A stretch of DNA of 64,000 nucleotides, from positions 1,054,001-1,118,000 of the forward strand of contig JANJGN010000151.1 in NCBI GenBank assembly GCA_026770705.1. The letters are read 5' to 3'. The notes below the pieces were generated by a model. It was not told where the DNA came from. It made no database searches and saw only the letters and a list, made by a program, of their open reading frames with translations. Positions 50,429 to 64,000 of the stretch are shown here, piece after piece. Each line of letters begins with the position of its first letter. Position 1 is the stretch's first letter. The DNA is from Isurus oxyrinchus (taxonomy: Eukaryota). The position numbers and the translations under genes are program-made.

Positions 50429-51709
50429 AGACAGTCCCTTATTCATTTTGAATCCCCTGTTATCTATTAACACTCATTGGAGATTTCTTTTCGCAATTTC
50501 TCTTCATTTCTCCTAGTGACAACTTTCAGTTCACTCCTGCCTTCAGTGATGGTGCTCAAATCCAAAACTATGCATTTATTTAAATTGTAGATAGTTTAAT
50601 ACTGTAAGTATTGATAACCAGTCTGTTGTGTGCATTTGTTTATAAAGTGATGTTAGACTGACGATTTCGTTTCTAAGGTGCTCTATCTGTCTCCGGTGAT
50701 CAGTTGGAAAGCGGAGCAAATCACATCCAGAAGAACCAGCAGTTTATTAACAAATGATCACCTCAATATCTCACAGAAGCTCCTCAAAATCTCGAATGTG
50801 TGATGATTTGTGCAAGTGATGGCAAAAATCAAACTTCACCTACACCTGACATGAGACTAATACACCTGTAATTCTCCAATTTATTATTCCGGTTGATAGG
50901 AAGGATTGAAACTCCTGCTGTTATCCGGAGAATTTCACTATTTCTATGTCCTCTTTTTTTAACTGTTATCTTCACAAATTCCACCACAACCACTCGAATC
51001 ATGTTTGAATAGACTGCAGGTTGTATATTCATTGTAATCTTAACGAAAATAAACCAGGGCCTAGTCGAGCATAAACAGACACCGGACCTGGTGTAACATA
51101 AGCAGAGATATGGACTACTGCATTAATAACAGAGACAGTATCTGCTTTAATATAAAAGGAGATATCGGCCAATGAAGTAATAAAAGAGACAAAGCCTGGT
51201 GTTGTATAACCAAGGATATGGGCCCGTGCAGTAATATCAGAGACAGGACCTGGTGTAATATAAACTTAGGTATCGGCTAGTGTAAGTAATAACAGGCACA
51301 ATACCTGGTATAGTACAGACAGAGGCATGTGCTAGTGCGATGATAACACAAATTGGTCCGAGGAGTCAGATCAGCAGAGAAATTGGCTAGTTCAGGAATA
51401 AGACAGAGGGAGGACTTGGTATAACATTGAATGAACCGATATTTGTGTGAACATTATAACAAAAACACTTTGTATAAAATACCAACTGAAAGAGGTCATG
51501 GTGAAACACTAGCAGAAACAGGGTCAACGTTAACAATATCAGAATCAGGTTACAATTGAAAACTGATCGGCACAAGGTTTTCAGAAATAATGAGAGAGAT
51601 TTGCATTAGGATTGAATGACATGTAGGCTGTTCGTGCAACAGAGATAGCGTTTTATACAATGAGATTGGATATAGGGAACAGATTAAAAACGGTAAAGCT
51701 CTGTGTAAT

Positions 51710-53856
51710 AAAAATAAAAACAAAAAGCTGCGGATGCTGGAAATCCAAAACAAAAACAGAATTACCTGGAAAAACTCAGCAGGTCTGGCAGCATCAGCGG
51801 AGAAGAAAAGAGTTGACATTTCGAGTCCTCATGACCCTTCGACAGAACTAGGTGAATCCCAGGAAGGGTTGAAATATAAGCTGGTTTAAGGTGGTGGGGC
51901 GGGGGTGGGGGTGGGGGGTGCGGCGTTGGGTGGGGGGAGAGAAGTGGAGGGGGGTGGTGTGGTTGTAGGCAAAAGCAGTGATAGAAACAGATCTTCAAAA
52001 GATGTCACAGACGGCAGAACAAAAGAACACATAGGTGTCGAAGTTGGTGATATTATCTAAACGAATGTGTTAATTAAGAATGGATGGTAGGGCACTCAAG
52101 GTATAGCTCTAGTGGGGGTGGGGGGAGCATAAAAGATTTAAAAATATTTAAAATAATGGAAATAGGAGGGAAAAAGAAAAATCTATATAATTTATTGGAA
52201 AAAAAACAAAAGGAAGGGGGAAGAAACAGAAGGGGGGTGGGGATGGAGGAGGGGGGTCAAGACCTAAAGTTGTTCAATTCAATATTCAGACCGGAAGGCT
52301 CTAAGGTGCCTAGTCGGAAGATGAGGTATTGTTCCTCCAGTTTGCGTTGGGCTTCACTGGAACAATGCAGCAAGCCAAGGACAGACATGTGGGCAAGAGA
52401 GCAGGGTGCAGTGTTGAAATGGCAAGCGACAGGGAGGTTTGGGTCATTCTTGCGGACAGACTGCAGGTGTTCTGCAAAGCGGTCGCCCAGTTTACGTTTG
52501 GTCTCCCTAATATAGAGGAGACCACATTGGAAGCAACGAATGCAGTAGACTAAGTTGTGGGAAATGCAAGTGAAATGCTGCTTCACTTGAAAGGAGTGTT
52601 TGGGCCCTTGGACGGTGAGGAGAGAGGAAGTGAAGGGGCAGGTGTTACATCTTTTGCGTGGGCATGGGGTGGTGCCATAGGTGGGGGTTTGGGAGTAGGG
52701 GATGATGGAGGATGGACCAGGGTGTTCCGGAGGGAACGATCCCTACGGAATGCCGATAGGGGGAGTGAAGGGAAGATGTGTTTGGTGGTGGCATCATGCT
52801 GGAGTTGGCAGAAATGGCGGAGGATGATCCTTTGAATGAGGAGGCTGGTGGGGTGATACGTGAGGGCAAGGGGGACCCTATCATGATTCTGGGAGGGAGG
52901 AGAAGGCGTGAGGGCAGATGCGCAGGAGATGGGCCGGACACGGTTGAGGGCCCTGTCAACGACCACGGTTAAGGAAGAAGGAGGACAGGTCAGAGGAACT
53001 GTTTTTGAAGGTAGCATCATCAGAACAGATGCGACGGAGGCGAAGGAACTGAGAGAATGGGATGGAGTCGTATGGGAAGCGGGGTGTGAGGAGCTGTAGT
53101 CAAGGTAGCTGTGGGAGTCGGTAGGCTTGTAATGGATATTGGTGGACAGTCTATCACCAGAGATTGAGACAGCGAGGTCAAGGAAGGGAAGGGAAATGTC
53201 AGAGATGGACCACGTGAAAATGATGGAGGGGTGGAGATTGGAAGCAAAATTAATACATTTTTCCAAGTCCCGACGAGAGCACGAAGCAGCACCGAAGTAA
53301 TCATCGAGAAAGAGTTGTGGAAGGGGGCCGGAGTAGGACTGCAACAAGGAATGTTCCACATACCCCATAAAGAGACAGGCATAGCTGGGGCCCATGCGGG
53401 TACCCATAGCCACACCTTTTATTTGGAGAAAGTGAGAGGAGTTGAAGGAGAAATTGTTCAACGTGAGAACAAGTTCAGCCAGACGGAGGAGATTAATGGT
53501 GGATGGGGATTGTTCGGGCCTCTGTTCGAGGAAGAAGCTAAGGGCCCTCAGACCATCCTGGCGGGGGATGGAGGTGTAGAGGGATTGGACGTCCATGGTG
53601 AAGAGGAAGCGGTTGGGGCCAGGGAACTGGAAATTGTTGATGTGACGTAAGGTGTCAGAGGAATCACGTGTTCTTTTATTCTGCCATCTGTGACATCTTT
53701 TGATGATCTGCTTCTATCACTGCTTTTGCCTACAACCACACCACCCCCCTCCACTTCTCTCCCCCCACCCAACCCTCCCCCCCTAACCCCCCTTCCCCCC
53801 ACGACCTTAAACCAGCTTATATTTCAACCCTTCCTGGGACTCACCTAGTTCTGTCG
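51710..53856 (-). mobile_element. Penelope-like retroelement with inverted terminal-repeat copy and 15-bp TSD
   Basis: MDVQSLYTSIP...GVAMGTRMGP and VYCIRCFQCGLLYIRET; small deletions and frameshifts. TSD AAAGCTCTGTGTAAT at 51695-51709 and 53857-53871. Confidence 0.93.
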
Positions 53857-56800
53857 AAAGCTCTGTGTAATTAGTGCAATATTTGATGATAACAGAGGAT
53901 AGCAGGTCAATGCATTACTGAATACATCACTGGGTCCAGTGTGATAACGACACAGTCAGCACCTCATCCACCGAAATCGAAGTTGGGTCTGATATAATAG
54001 TGTTTGTGAGACAGCGCCAATTGATACAATAGCAAATCTTTTGCCTAATGCCCAATAACAGAGTCAAGCGCCACTGCAATATGAATGGGATGGAGTTGGT
54101 GCAATAACACTGACACAGTCTAGTGTAATAGCAAATAAAACATAACAATTTGGAATCATTCTGCAGGTCAGGCAGAATCTGTGGCGATAAACCGAGTGAA
54201 CGTTTCATGGCGATGACCCTTCAGCAGAACCGGAGTCATCGATTGGAAACTTTAACTCTACTTCTCTCCACAGCCACTGCACTCCCAAGTGGTACAGTTG
54301 ATCGTCCTCCTGCTTTTGAGCTGTAGGATCTGTGTTCAGATTTCACTCCAGGCTCAGTTGACCACGGGAAGAGTGTCTGTGTGCCAGACGCCGGTTTTTA
54401 ATCAGCTTCCAAATTCCTCCCGCCTCTCCACTTTCCCCAAGGCTGCAAAGTATATGACGAACCGGAAAACAAACAGGCTCGACACTTGCTGTCTGACCTG
54501 TTGAGGATTTCCAGCACACTCGGTTTTTATTTTAGATTTCTAGCATCTTTATCTTGCCGTTGTACTAATGCAATGGGGACTGGGGATACATCATGTCAGC
54601 ATTGACGAATTAGCATCACTCTTACCCCTGGGTCAAACGGTTGTGGGTTGAAGCCTCGATCCAGAGATCTGTCCATTTAAAAACGCCCAGTGCTCACGGT
54701 GAGAGTTTATATGTCAGCCTTTCTGTTCTTCTATCCATTATTTCCTTACAGTCAGGAGGAGGAATTAAAAGCAGAGAAACTCTGGACAGTTTCTCCATCC
54801 AGCAAAGGGCGGGTTCCTGGGACTTTGTTGCTGCTTTGATCTTCCCGCCCTCTCCAAAAATACAAAGAACATCACCCTTCTTGGACTTGCGAAGGAAATT
54901 CTGACTGCCGGGCCCGGGCCAGACTGGGGCCTGGTCCAATAATAATCACAGAGGCCGTCTCCAGTGTGTCAGTAACAGAGGCTGTTGGGAATCTGACATA
55001 AAGAAAGGCAGGGGTTCTAATAAGTATCTGACTGTAAAAGGGTGTGAAAGTGTGAGGAAACAATGATGTTTAGGGCCTTAGCGCAGACTCTGTGTTATGG
55101 TGAGTGACACAGGGATTTGTGTGGTAAAAACGGAGCGGAAACATCATGACAGAGGCCCGGGTGACTGACTCCACCTGACTGAGAGCTGTTATACCCAAGG
55201 GGAGGACAATCATGGCGGACTCCAGAGATTTCTGATATCTGCAGGGTCAATGCTGCATGTGTCAGAGGAAAAGAAAATAACCTGCTCCCTCTCATTCTTA
55301 CCGACAGTTCTCCATTTACACAGACCCGGCAGCTTGTAGAAACCAATGTTTCAATCTTCAGCTCGAGGCACATGATGACTGAAAGGATTAAACACCGAAA
55401 ACTCACCAGAGGAAAAATCAGAGCCGAAAATGTTAAAGATAATCGTACTTTCTACTAAACGAGCTCTATTCAGTGTTATTATTTTGTTCAAAGTAGTGGT
55501 TTGTAAACAATAGTGAACTTCTGAATGATTCCTGGCAATTATAGACACACACACACTCAAGCTCTGTCAAAAGACAGGATTAGCAGAAGACGAAAGCTGT
55601 ATAATTATTGCATTTTATTTGGGCTCAATGAGGGACCGAGGTAGATACAGGAAAGGTTCTGGGACATTGATATAGATGAGTATTTCAATTGACCCCATTC
55701 CCTGTAATCCTTCAAATTCTCACACCTTTAAATAATTACAGAATTCATTTTACAAAGTTACTATTGGTCTAATGCCATCACCCTTTCAAACTGTGCATTC
55801 CAGTTCAGAACAACTTGCCGTGTTAAAAAAATAAGCAATTATCCTCCTGTCTTCCTGTTCAATAAAGGAAATTTGCGTCCCCTGGTTACCGACCCTCCTA
55901 TCAGTTGAAATAATCTCTCTTTATTCACACTATTAAAACTTTCATGATTTTGAACGCTTCTATTTAATAGACACTCAGTGAGGTGGACAGAGATACACAG
56001 AGAGATAGACAGAGATAAAACTAAGGGAAGGAGACTTAAAATGAAAAACGGAGATGGAATGTTGCAGAGAAACAGAGGAAACAAGTTTCGAGGGAAAGTA
56101 TATGTGCAGGGAGTGTGTGTGTGCGTGGCGGGGGGCGGTGTTGGTGAGGTGTGGAGGGGGAGTTAGAATGGGGGCAGGTGGTGGAGCATGACAAAGAAAA
56201 ATGAAAGGTAGCAAGATCTCATTTCCCAGCTTCAGGGAATCGAGGGATCTCAGTGACTGACCATCCAGTTATGTCCTGGAAATGGAAGCTCTAAACGGAT
56301 CACACAGGCTCATTTGCAAATGTCACCACCATGTGATCTGCGTGACTCTGCCCTGACTCTGTGGCCAGATATAAGCCGCCTTGACAGATGTTCTCACCAG
56401 ATTGTGGCCCCTGGATTTATTTTCTGCTCAGAAGTGAGATGTGCGGTTTGGAACCAGCAGCAGAGAAGCAGGAAGTTGTGTTACCTGAGAATGAAAAAGC
56501 TGGCGTCAGTTTCATGTTATCACCATGAACAGTCTTCCTGCCTGTAAGGGTGAACTCACTCTGATAGCATCAAGAACAACCACACAGATTGAGGTCGGCC
56601 TCAGCATTACATTCACCTCCATTCCCAATTTAAACAATTAAATAAATGAGGTTAGTTTGGTTATAACATATTAACGGAAGACGAGATGGACTGAAGGTTA
56701 TCACTGGGAGAAAAGAACGGAAATTAAAACAATAATACCACTCACAGGGGGTTATTCTGAAATAGAAAGTTTTAAGAGGGTTTGGTGGTGTCTGAGAGAA

Positions 56801-57237
56801 AATGAGGAGAGAGGTTAAGTGAGTGATCTGGTGTCTTTCTGGGACTGAATTTTCCTCTGATGAGGTTTTGGCGCTTAATCTTTTCAGTGATAATGTGCCT
56901 TAAGCAAAAGATTTAAACATTGGTTACTCGAAGCTGCCAGATCCGGCCCTTGTGAGTCTGTGTAAGTGAGTTAAGTGAAGTCTGAGACAGAGGAAGAGAG
57001 GGAAGAAGTTCAGCGAGTCATTTGAAAGGTGTATTTTCCTTGACAACGCAATGGCCAGTTTGACATTACTTTCCAGAGCACTCAAGACAATGCATTACCG
57101 ATAAATATTAACGACAGCATAGGCAGCATATTGATAAATTCTCAATAAACTATCGTAATGTGTTAAAAAATAATTATGTCTTTTGCAAGCAATGAAGCAT
57201 GATATGTTCTAGATGTACCTGCATCCACAACATACAG

Positions 57238-57341
57238 CTGCACACATTTACACACACAGCCACACACAAGGACACACGCACACACACAGCCACGCAGACA
57301 CACAAACAGTGACACAGACACACACACACACAGACACACAG

Positions 57342-57376
<35 letters not shown>

Positions 57377-57404
57377 GACACACACATATGCACACACACA
57401 CACC
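57238..57404. repeat. Imperfect (CA)n microsatellite
   Basis: Direct inspection. Confidence 0.95.
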
Positions 57405-58042
57405 TTTCATACACAAGAACATTGGATATTCGAAGCCTGCGGCCGCCCATTTGCCTGAGGTTGCGGTTTCAGATCCTGTCTCTCACAATCAGTGGCCACG
57501 CCAAAAGCAAACAGAAATTCCTATTGGAAAAATGAAAAGTATCTGGAAATTAAAGAAAACTGTGAGCAATTGCCACTGATCAACTCAAGTATGAATTATT
57601 CATCTCCAACACAATGCAGTTTGTGACTTCAGTTGTGCAATGTGCAGTGCAATGTGGTTCACCTTTATTTCTGTTAGTCAATCTCATTGATGAAGGGAAT
57701 GTTACAAGATTCACCCCAACCATTCAACACAAACATTACACACATCACACTAGAGCAATTAGAAATTGCACACAACGTCTCATAGTTAGTAACAAGACTA
57801 AATGTATTCTTCCAAAATCTTTTTACCTACCAGATATTATAACATTTTAAAAATTAATACCCACCTATCCACCTGGCTCTCTCTTGAGCTCTATCCAGTT
57901 AGCAGAGACCTGTTACAGTGCAGTAATAACTGAGACTTGGTCTAGTGTATTAATAAATGGTATAGGACCTTTATAATATAAGGTGAGATATAAAAGAGTA
58001 CAGTAATGAATGAAGCAGCCTAATACAGTAATATCACAGGTT

Positions 58043-59155
58043 CATAGAATCACAGAACTTTAACACACAGAAGGAGGCCATTCGGCCCATCTTGTCTACA
58101 TCGGCTCTCCAAATGAGCATTCTGACCTAGTGCCATTGCCCTGGCTTTTCTCCACACCCTTGCACTTTGTTTCTATTCAAATAATCATTTAATGCCCTCT
58201 TGAATGCCACAATTGAACCTGCATCCCTCACACTTCCAGACAGTGTATTCCAGACCCGGACCACTCATTGTGTGAAAAAGTTTTTTTCTCACATCAAATT
58301 TGCTTTTTTTTGCAAATCACTTTAAACCTGTGCCCTCTCGTTCTTTATCCTTTTACGAATGGGAACAGCTTCTTCCTCTCTACTCTGTCCAGCCCACTCA
58401 TGATTTTGAAAACTTCAATCAAGTCTCCTCTCAGCCTTCTCCTCTCCATGGAACACAGTCCCAACTTCATCCCTGGGAATATTCTTGTAAACCTCTTCAG
58501 CACTCTCTCCAATATCTTCACATCCTTCCTATAATATGGTACTAAGGACGGTACACAATATTCCAGCTGAGGGCTAATGAAGGCCTTATATAAATTCCGC
58601 ATAACCTCCCTGCTCTTGTACTCTATGCCCCTATTAATAGAACCCAGGATACTATATGCTTTAGTAACAGCTCTCTCCACCTGTCCTGCCACTTTCAATG
58701 ATCTATGCATATCTACACCCAAGTCTTTCTGCTCCTGCACTCCTTTCAAAACTCCACTCCTTATTTTATATTGTCCATGTTCCTCCTCCCAAAATGCATC
58801 ATCTCACACTTCTCCACATTGAACTTCATCTGCCACCTATCTGCCCACTCCAACAACTTGTCTGTGACCTCTTGAGGTTCCACACTGTTCTCCTGGCAGT
58901 TTGCAACACTCCCAAGCTTTCTATCATCCTCAAACTTTCAAATTGTTCCCTGCAGACCAAGGCCTAGATTGTTAATATATAACAGGAAAAGCAAGGGTCC
59001 CAATACCGGCCCCTGGGGAACTCGACAACAAACCTTCCTCCAGCCCGAAAAACATCCATTGACCATTAACCTCTGCTTCCTTTTTTTCCAGCTAATTTTG
59101 TATCCACTTTGCCACTGTCCCTTTTATTCCATGAGCAATAACTTTTCTCACAAGT
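58043..59155 (-). mobile_element. CR1-type LINE 3' fragment
   Basis: EQKDLGV...INRGIEYKSREVMRNLYKA...LEYCV; catagaat tail. Confidence 0.88.
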
Positions 59156-59429
59156 TGGTTATCAGATAGATCCTAATTTAATACAAACAGAGACTGTGCA
59201 ATGCAACAGCAGCTCAGAAATTGTCACTTGCAGTATATATAGAGGCACGGCCATGTGCATTAATAAATGAAGCATCATATAATGTAATAGAGATAGAGAC
59301 ATAGTCTAGTGCAGTAATAACTGAGAAAAGGTCAATTGTAGTGTATATAGAGGCATGGTCCAGTGCATTAATAAGTTAAACTGCAGATAGCATTATATAC
59401 ACTGATGCAGTGCTGAGAGAAAGATAAAA

Positions 59430-60105
59430 GGAGAAGTGGTAAGTAATTGGGAAAACTAATAGAATGTTATCATTTATTGCGAGGGGAATTGAATACAAAT
59501 GTACAGAAGTTATGTTTCAGCTATACAGGGCACCAGTGAGATCATGTTTGGTGCACTGTGTACAGTATTGGTCACCTTAATTAAGGAAGGATGTAAATGT
59601 ATTGTAAGAGGTTCAGAGAAGGTTTATTAGAGTAATACTTGGAATGGGTGGGTTGTCTCATGAGGAATGGTTGGATAGACTAGGCTTATATCTTCTGGGG
59701 TTTAGAAGAGTAAGAGGTGACTTGACTGAAATATATAAGATCCTGAGGGGTCTTGATCAGGTGAATGTGGAGAGGATGGTTCCCCTTGTGGTAGAATCTA
59801 GAACTAGGGGTCACTGTTTAAAATAAGGGGTCGCCCATGTGAAACGGAGATGAGGCAAATTGCTTTCACTCTCAGGGTCGTGAGTCTTTGGGAATCTCTT
59901 CCTAAAAAGACAGTGGAAGCAGAGCCTTTGAATATTTTTAAGGCAGAGGTGGATAGATTCTTGCTGAGCAAGGGGGCAATAGGTTATCGGGGGTAGGCAG
60001 GATGCAGATTTCATGTTACTGTCAGATCAGCCATGATCTTATTAAATGGCAGAACAGGCTCGAGGGCCTGAATGGCCTACTCCTGTTTTTTCTTCGTATG
60101 CTCCT
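59430..60105 (+). mobile_element. CR1-type LINE 3' fragment
   Basis: GLSHEEWLDRLGLY...RVRGDLTEIYKILRGLD. Confidence 0.85.
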
Positions 60106-60905
60106 ATCTTCATATGATGCAGTACAGTCATCACTGAGAAAAGGTCAACAGGTCAAGGAGAGTGATCACTGAAGCATTGTTCAGTATAATATAACGAAAC
60201 ACAAGGTTCAGTGAAATATAAATTAAAACATGGTTGTACTACAGTGTGAACTGGAACAGTGTTAATTGGAGTGTGCACAGAAGCAGGGCCTGATGTAGTA
60301 ATAACTGGCGCAAGACCTAATGATATAAACAGGAGCAGGGTCAGGTGCAGTGATAACTGGGAAAGGACCAATTGCAACACAAGTCAAGATATTGATGGCT
60401 GCAATAATAAACAATATAGGGCCTGAGATTTAGACCGAGAAAGATAGGTTCTTGATTGGTAAGGGGATCAAAGGTTAGGGGGAGAAGATGGGAGAATGGG
60501 GTTGAGAAACTTATCAGCCATGATTGAATGGCAGAGCAGACTCGATGGGCTGAATGGCCTAATTTCTGCTACTATGTCTTATAGTCTTATGGTCTTATGG
60601 CCCATTGAACTATTAACAGTGACGTTCACCTATTCAACAATAACTAAAGCAAAATGTAATCTAACGTTTACAGTTACACATGAGGGCATAAAATAAATTG
60701 AACAGGGAATGTATAGGAATTATTAAAACAGGGCCTTGATTGACATAAACTGAGGCAAGGTCTAGCGCAGTGATTCCTGATGCATGGCCTGGATAATTAT
60801 AGGCTGAGACAGGGCCTAGTGCAGTGATTACTTTTACAGGGCCGAGATTAATGTCAATGGAGGCAGGGTCCAATCCAATAATTACTGATACAGAGTCTAG
60901 GCTGA

Positions 60906-62236
60906 TACAAAAACAGAAAATGCTGGAAGGACGATATCCCATCCTATCAGTTCCCTCGCCTCCTTCACATCTGTTCCGATGATGCCACTATTCAAAACGA
61001 TGCTTCTGACATGCCTTCCTTCTTCTTTAACCAAGGTTTCCCACCCACTGTGGTCGACAGGGCCCTCAACCACGTCCGACCCATCTCCCATGTCACTGCT
61101 ATCATGCATTCCTCTCTCTCCCAGAATCATGAAAGGGTACCCCTTCTGATCACATTTCACCCCGCCATCCCCGCATCCAAAGGATCATCCTCCACCATTT
61201 CCACTAACTCCAACATGATGCCACAACCAAACACAGCTTTCCTTCAACACTCCACCCCCACCCACCCACTCCAGTCAGCATTCCACAGGGACCGTTCCCT
61301 CTGAAACACTCTGGTCCACTCTTCCATCACCCCCAACACCTCATCCCTTCCCATGGCACCTTCCCAAGCAATCAGAGAAGATGTCACTCCTGTACTTTTC
61401 CCTCCTCCCTCCTCATCATCCAAGAGCCCAAATATGTCTTTCAGGTGAAGTACCGCTTCTTTGCACCTCCTTCAATTTGGTCTACTGCATTCGATGCTCC
61501 CAATGCAGTGTCCTCTAGATTGGTGCACCAAACAGACTGGCAGATGGTTTTGTGGGACACCTTCAGTCTTTCTGCAAGCATGACCTAGGCCTTCCTGTCC
61601 CTTAGAATTTCAACACGCCATCCTTCTCTGACACCCACATGCCCCTCTTTGACCTGCTGCATTGTCCCAGTGAAGTCCAACTCAAACTGGAGGAACAGAA
61701 ACGCATCGTCCGAATATGCACTTTACAGCCTTATTCATTTATTCATTGTTTTATCCTCTTTTTTATCCCCTTTCTTATTCCCGTTTATGCCATTTGTCCC
61801 CAACCACTGCCCCCTCTCCCTACCACACCCCCAAAAGGGCCATCAGTTACTAGTCCCATGTTGTTCTTTCACAGTGTGCTGATTCTGGCTCTGCTGTTAA
61901 CACATTCTGCTTTCTTACCTTTATGACTTTAGTAGCACCTACTTTAGCCTTACCATTACCATTAACACTCCATTTTTCCTTTTACCTATGATATGTTTGG
62001 CAGTGTCACCTTACTCCTACCTATTGCTTGCCTTCTATCCAACCTGACCTGCTCCATTCTGCTTAAACAGCAAATGTTATCACATTTTGATTTCTCTTTA
62101 GCTCTGAGGAAGGTCATATGGTCTCAGAAAGTTAGCTCTGCTTCTCTCAGCACAGGTGCTGTCAGACCTACTGTGATGTCCCAGCATTTTATGCTATTCT
62201 TTCAGATTTCCAGCATCCGCACTATTTTGCTTTTAT
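60906..62236 (+). mobile_element. Older, decayed Penelope-like element
   Basis: MPSFFFNQGFPPTVVDRALN, gtctactgcattcgatgctcccaatgc (VYCIRCSQC) and a degenerate terminal repeat. Confidence 0.8.
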
Positions 62237-64000
62237 CCAGATTGATATAAAGTGAGACAGTGCCTCGTGCAGTGATTACTAATGGAGGGTCTAGATCATC
62301 AAGAACTGAGACAGGGCCTAGTGCAATGCTTACTGATACAGGATCTAGATTTATATGAACTGCGACATGCTCGAGTGCGGTGATTACAGACACAGATCTA
62401 GATTAATATAAACTGAGACGGGGTCTAGTCCAGTGTTTACTGATATTGGGTCACCGTCAATATAAATTCAGACAATGTCCAGGGCAACGATTACTGATAC
62501 GGGGTCTAGGTTTATATACACTGAGGCTGGCCATAGTGCAGTGATTACTCATACAGGGCTGAGATAAAAATAAACTAGGACAGGGGGTAGTGCAATGATT
62601 ACTGATACAGGGTGTAGATCAATATAAACAGAGACAGTGTCCTTTGCACTGATTATGATATAGGGTCTAGATCAATATAAACTGAGGCAGTGTTCAGCGC
62701 AGTAATTACTGATACAGGGTCTAGATTAATAAAACTTGTGATGGGGCCAAGTGCAGTGATTACTGTTGTCGGGTCTAGGTTGATATAAACTGGTGCAGGG
62801 GATAGTGCAGTGATTACTCATAATGAGTCTAGATTAATATAAACTGAGACAGGACCAAGTGCAATTATTACTGATACATGGTCGAGATCAATATAAACTG
62901 AGGCAGTGTCCAGTCGAGTGATTACTGATACAGGTCTTGATTAATATGAACCGAGACAGGGTATAGTGCTGTGATTACTGATACAGGTTCCAGCTTGATA
63001 TAAACTGAGACAGGGCATTGTGCAGTGATTATTGATACAGTGTCTAGATAAATATAAACTGGGACAGGGGCTAGTGCAATGATCATTCTTACAGTGTCTG
63101 GACTAAAATAAACTGAGTCATTCCCTAGTTCTGTCATTATTAAAACAGGTTCTGGACTAATATAAATTGAGTTAAGGCCTAGTGCAGTGATTACTGATAC
63201 AGGATACAGATTTATATAAACTGAGGCATGGCATAGTACAGTGATTACTGATACAGGGCTTCGATTGATATAAAATGAGACAGTGTCCATTCACTGATTA
63301 TGATGCAGGGCCAAGATCAATATAAACTGAAACAAAAACAAAAATACCTGGAAAAACTCAGCAGGTCTGGCAGCATCTGTGGAGAGGAACACGGTTAACA
63401 TTTTGAGTCTGCATGACTCTTCAACAGAACTAAGAAAAAATAGAAAAGGTGTGAAATATAATCTGGTTTTAAGTTGGGAGGTTGGGACAAGAAGAGCTGG
63501 ATAGAGGGCCAGTAATAGGTGGACATAACCAAAAGATATCACAGACAAAAGGACAAAGAGGTGTTGAAGGTGATGATATTATCTGAAGGAATGTGTTAAT
63601 TATGGGTAGAAAACAGGACGAGCAAGGTACAGATAGCCCTAGTGGGGGTGTGGTGAAGGAATTGAAAAAGGCTAAATGGTAGAGATAAAACAATGGATGG
63701 AAATATATTTGGGTCTAGTGCCGTGATTACTGATACAGGGTCTAGATTAATAGAACTTGAGACAGGCCAAGTGCAGTGATTACTGCTAGAGGGTTTAGAT
63801 TGATATAAACTGATGCTGGGTCTAGTGCAGCGATTACTGACACAGGGTCTAGATCAATATAAACAGAGATAGGGTCGAGTGCAGTGATTACTGATACAGG
63901 GTCTAGATTAATAGAACTTGAGACAGGCCAAGTGCAGTGATTACTGCTAGAGGGTTTATATTGATATAAACTGATGCTGGGTCTAGTGCAGCGATTACTG
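62237..64000. repeat. 27-bp minisatellite as a 54-bp dimer, with a 161-bp higher-order repeat at the window end; Penelope-repeat fragment inserted at about 63331-63710
   Basis: Alternating ctgagacagggtctagtgcagtgatta / ctgatacagggtctagattaatataaa; near-identical blocks start at 63741 and 63902. Confidence 0.9.

Noticed and set aside
54740-55040. Possible very decayed supporting-type V (GLCDYYW... after an acceptor-like site)
   Set aside because: No second Cys motif or RSS found; similarity too weak to call by eye.
57163-57458. Cys/Val-rich and His/Thr-rich ORFs
   Set aside because: Translations of the (CA)n microsatellite.
62922-63290. ORFs with 9-aa periodicity (PVSVITAL/VYINL), also at 48422, 49183 and 60661
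   Set aside because: Translations of the 27-bp minisatellite.

Overview
Cartilaginous-fish (shark-type) genomic DNA, most likely part of the TCR alpha/delta locus, read on the minus strand and embedded in CR1/L2 LINEs, Penelope-like (RT + GIY-YIG) elements, SINEs and a dispersed 27-bp minisatellite. Minus-strand order 5'->3': two decayed TCR V pseudogenes (41.2 kb, 38.5-37.9 kb); one intact rearranging NAR-TCR cluster (leader, V-22RSS, 12RSS-D-12RSS, 23RSS-J; 34.7-33.4 kb); three germline-joined NAR-TCR VDJ exons (26.7, 23.4, 17.5 kb); a leaderless supporting TCR-delta V with a CDR1 cysteine (13.3 kb); a tandem array of seven 23-RSS units; and a GPR139/142-like GPCR exon with one nonsense codon. 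Main observation: the three pre-joined exons keep open frames and phase-1 splice sites, but all three lack the promoter octamers and two of three have destroyed leaders. Each carries an FR1 Cys plus a fixed CDR3 Cys. This suggests a TCR-delta chain with up to five stacked, disulfide-linked V domains (inference; needs transcript evidence). All calls were made by eye without database searches, so family names and novelty are provisional.
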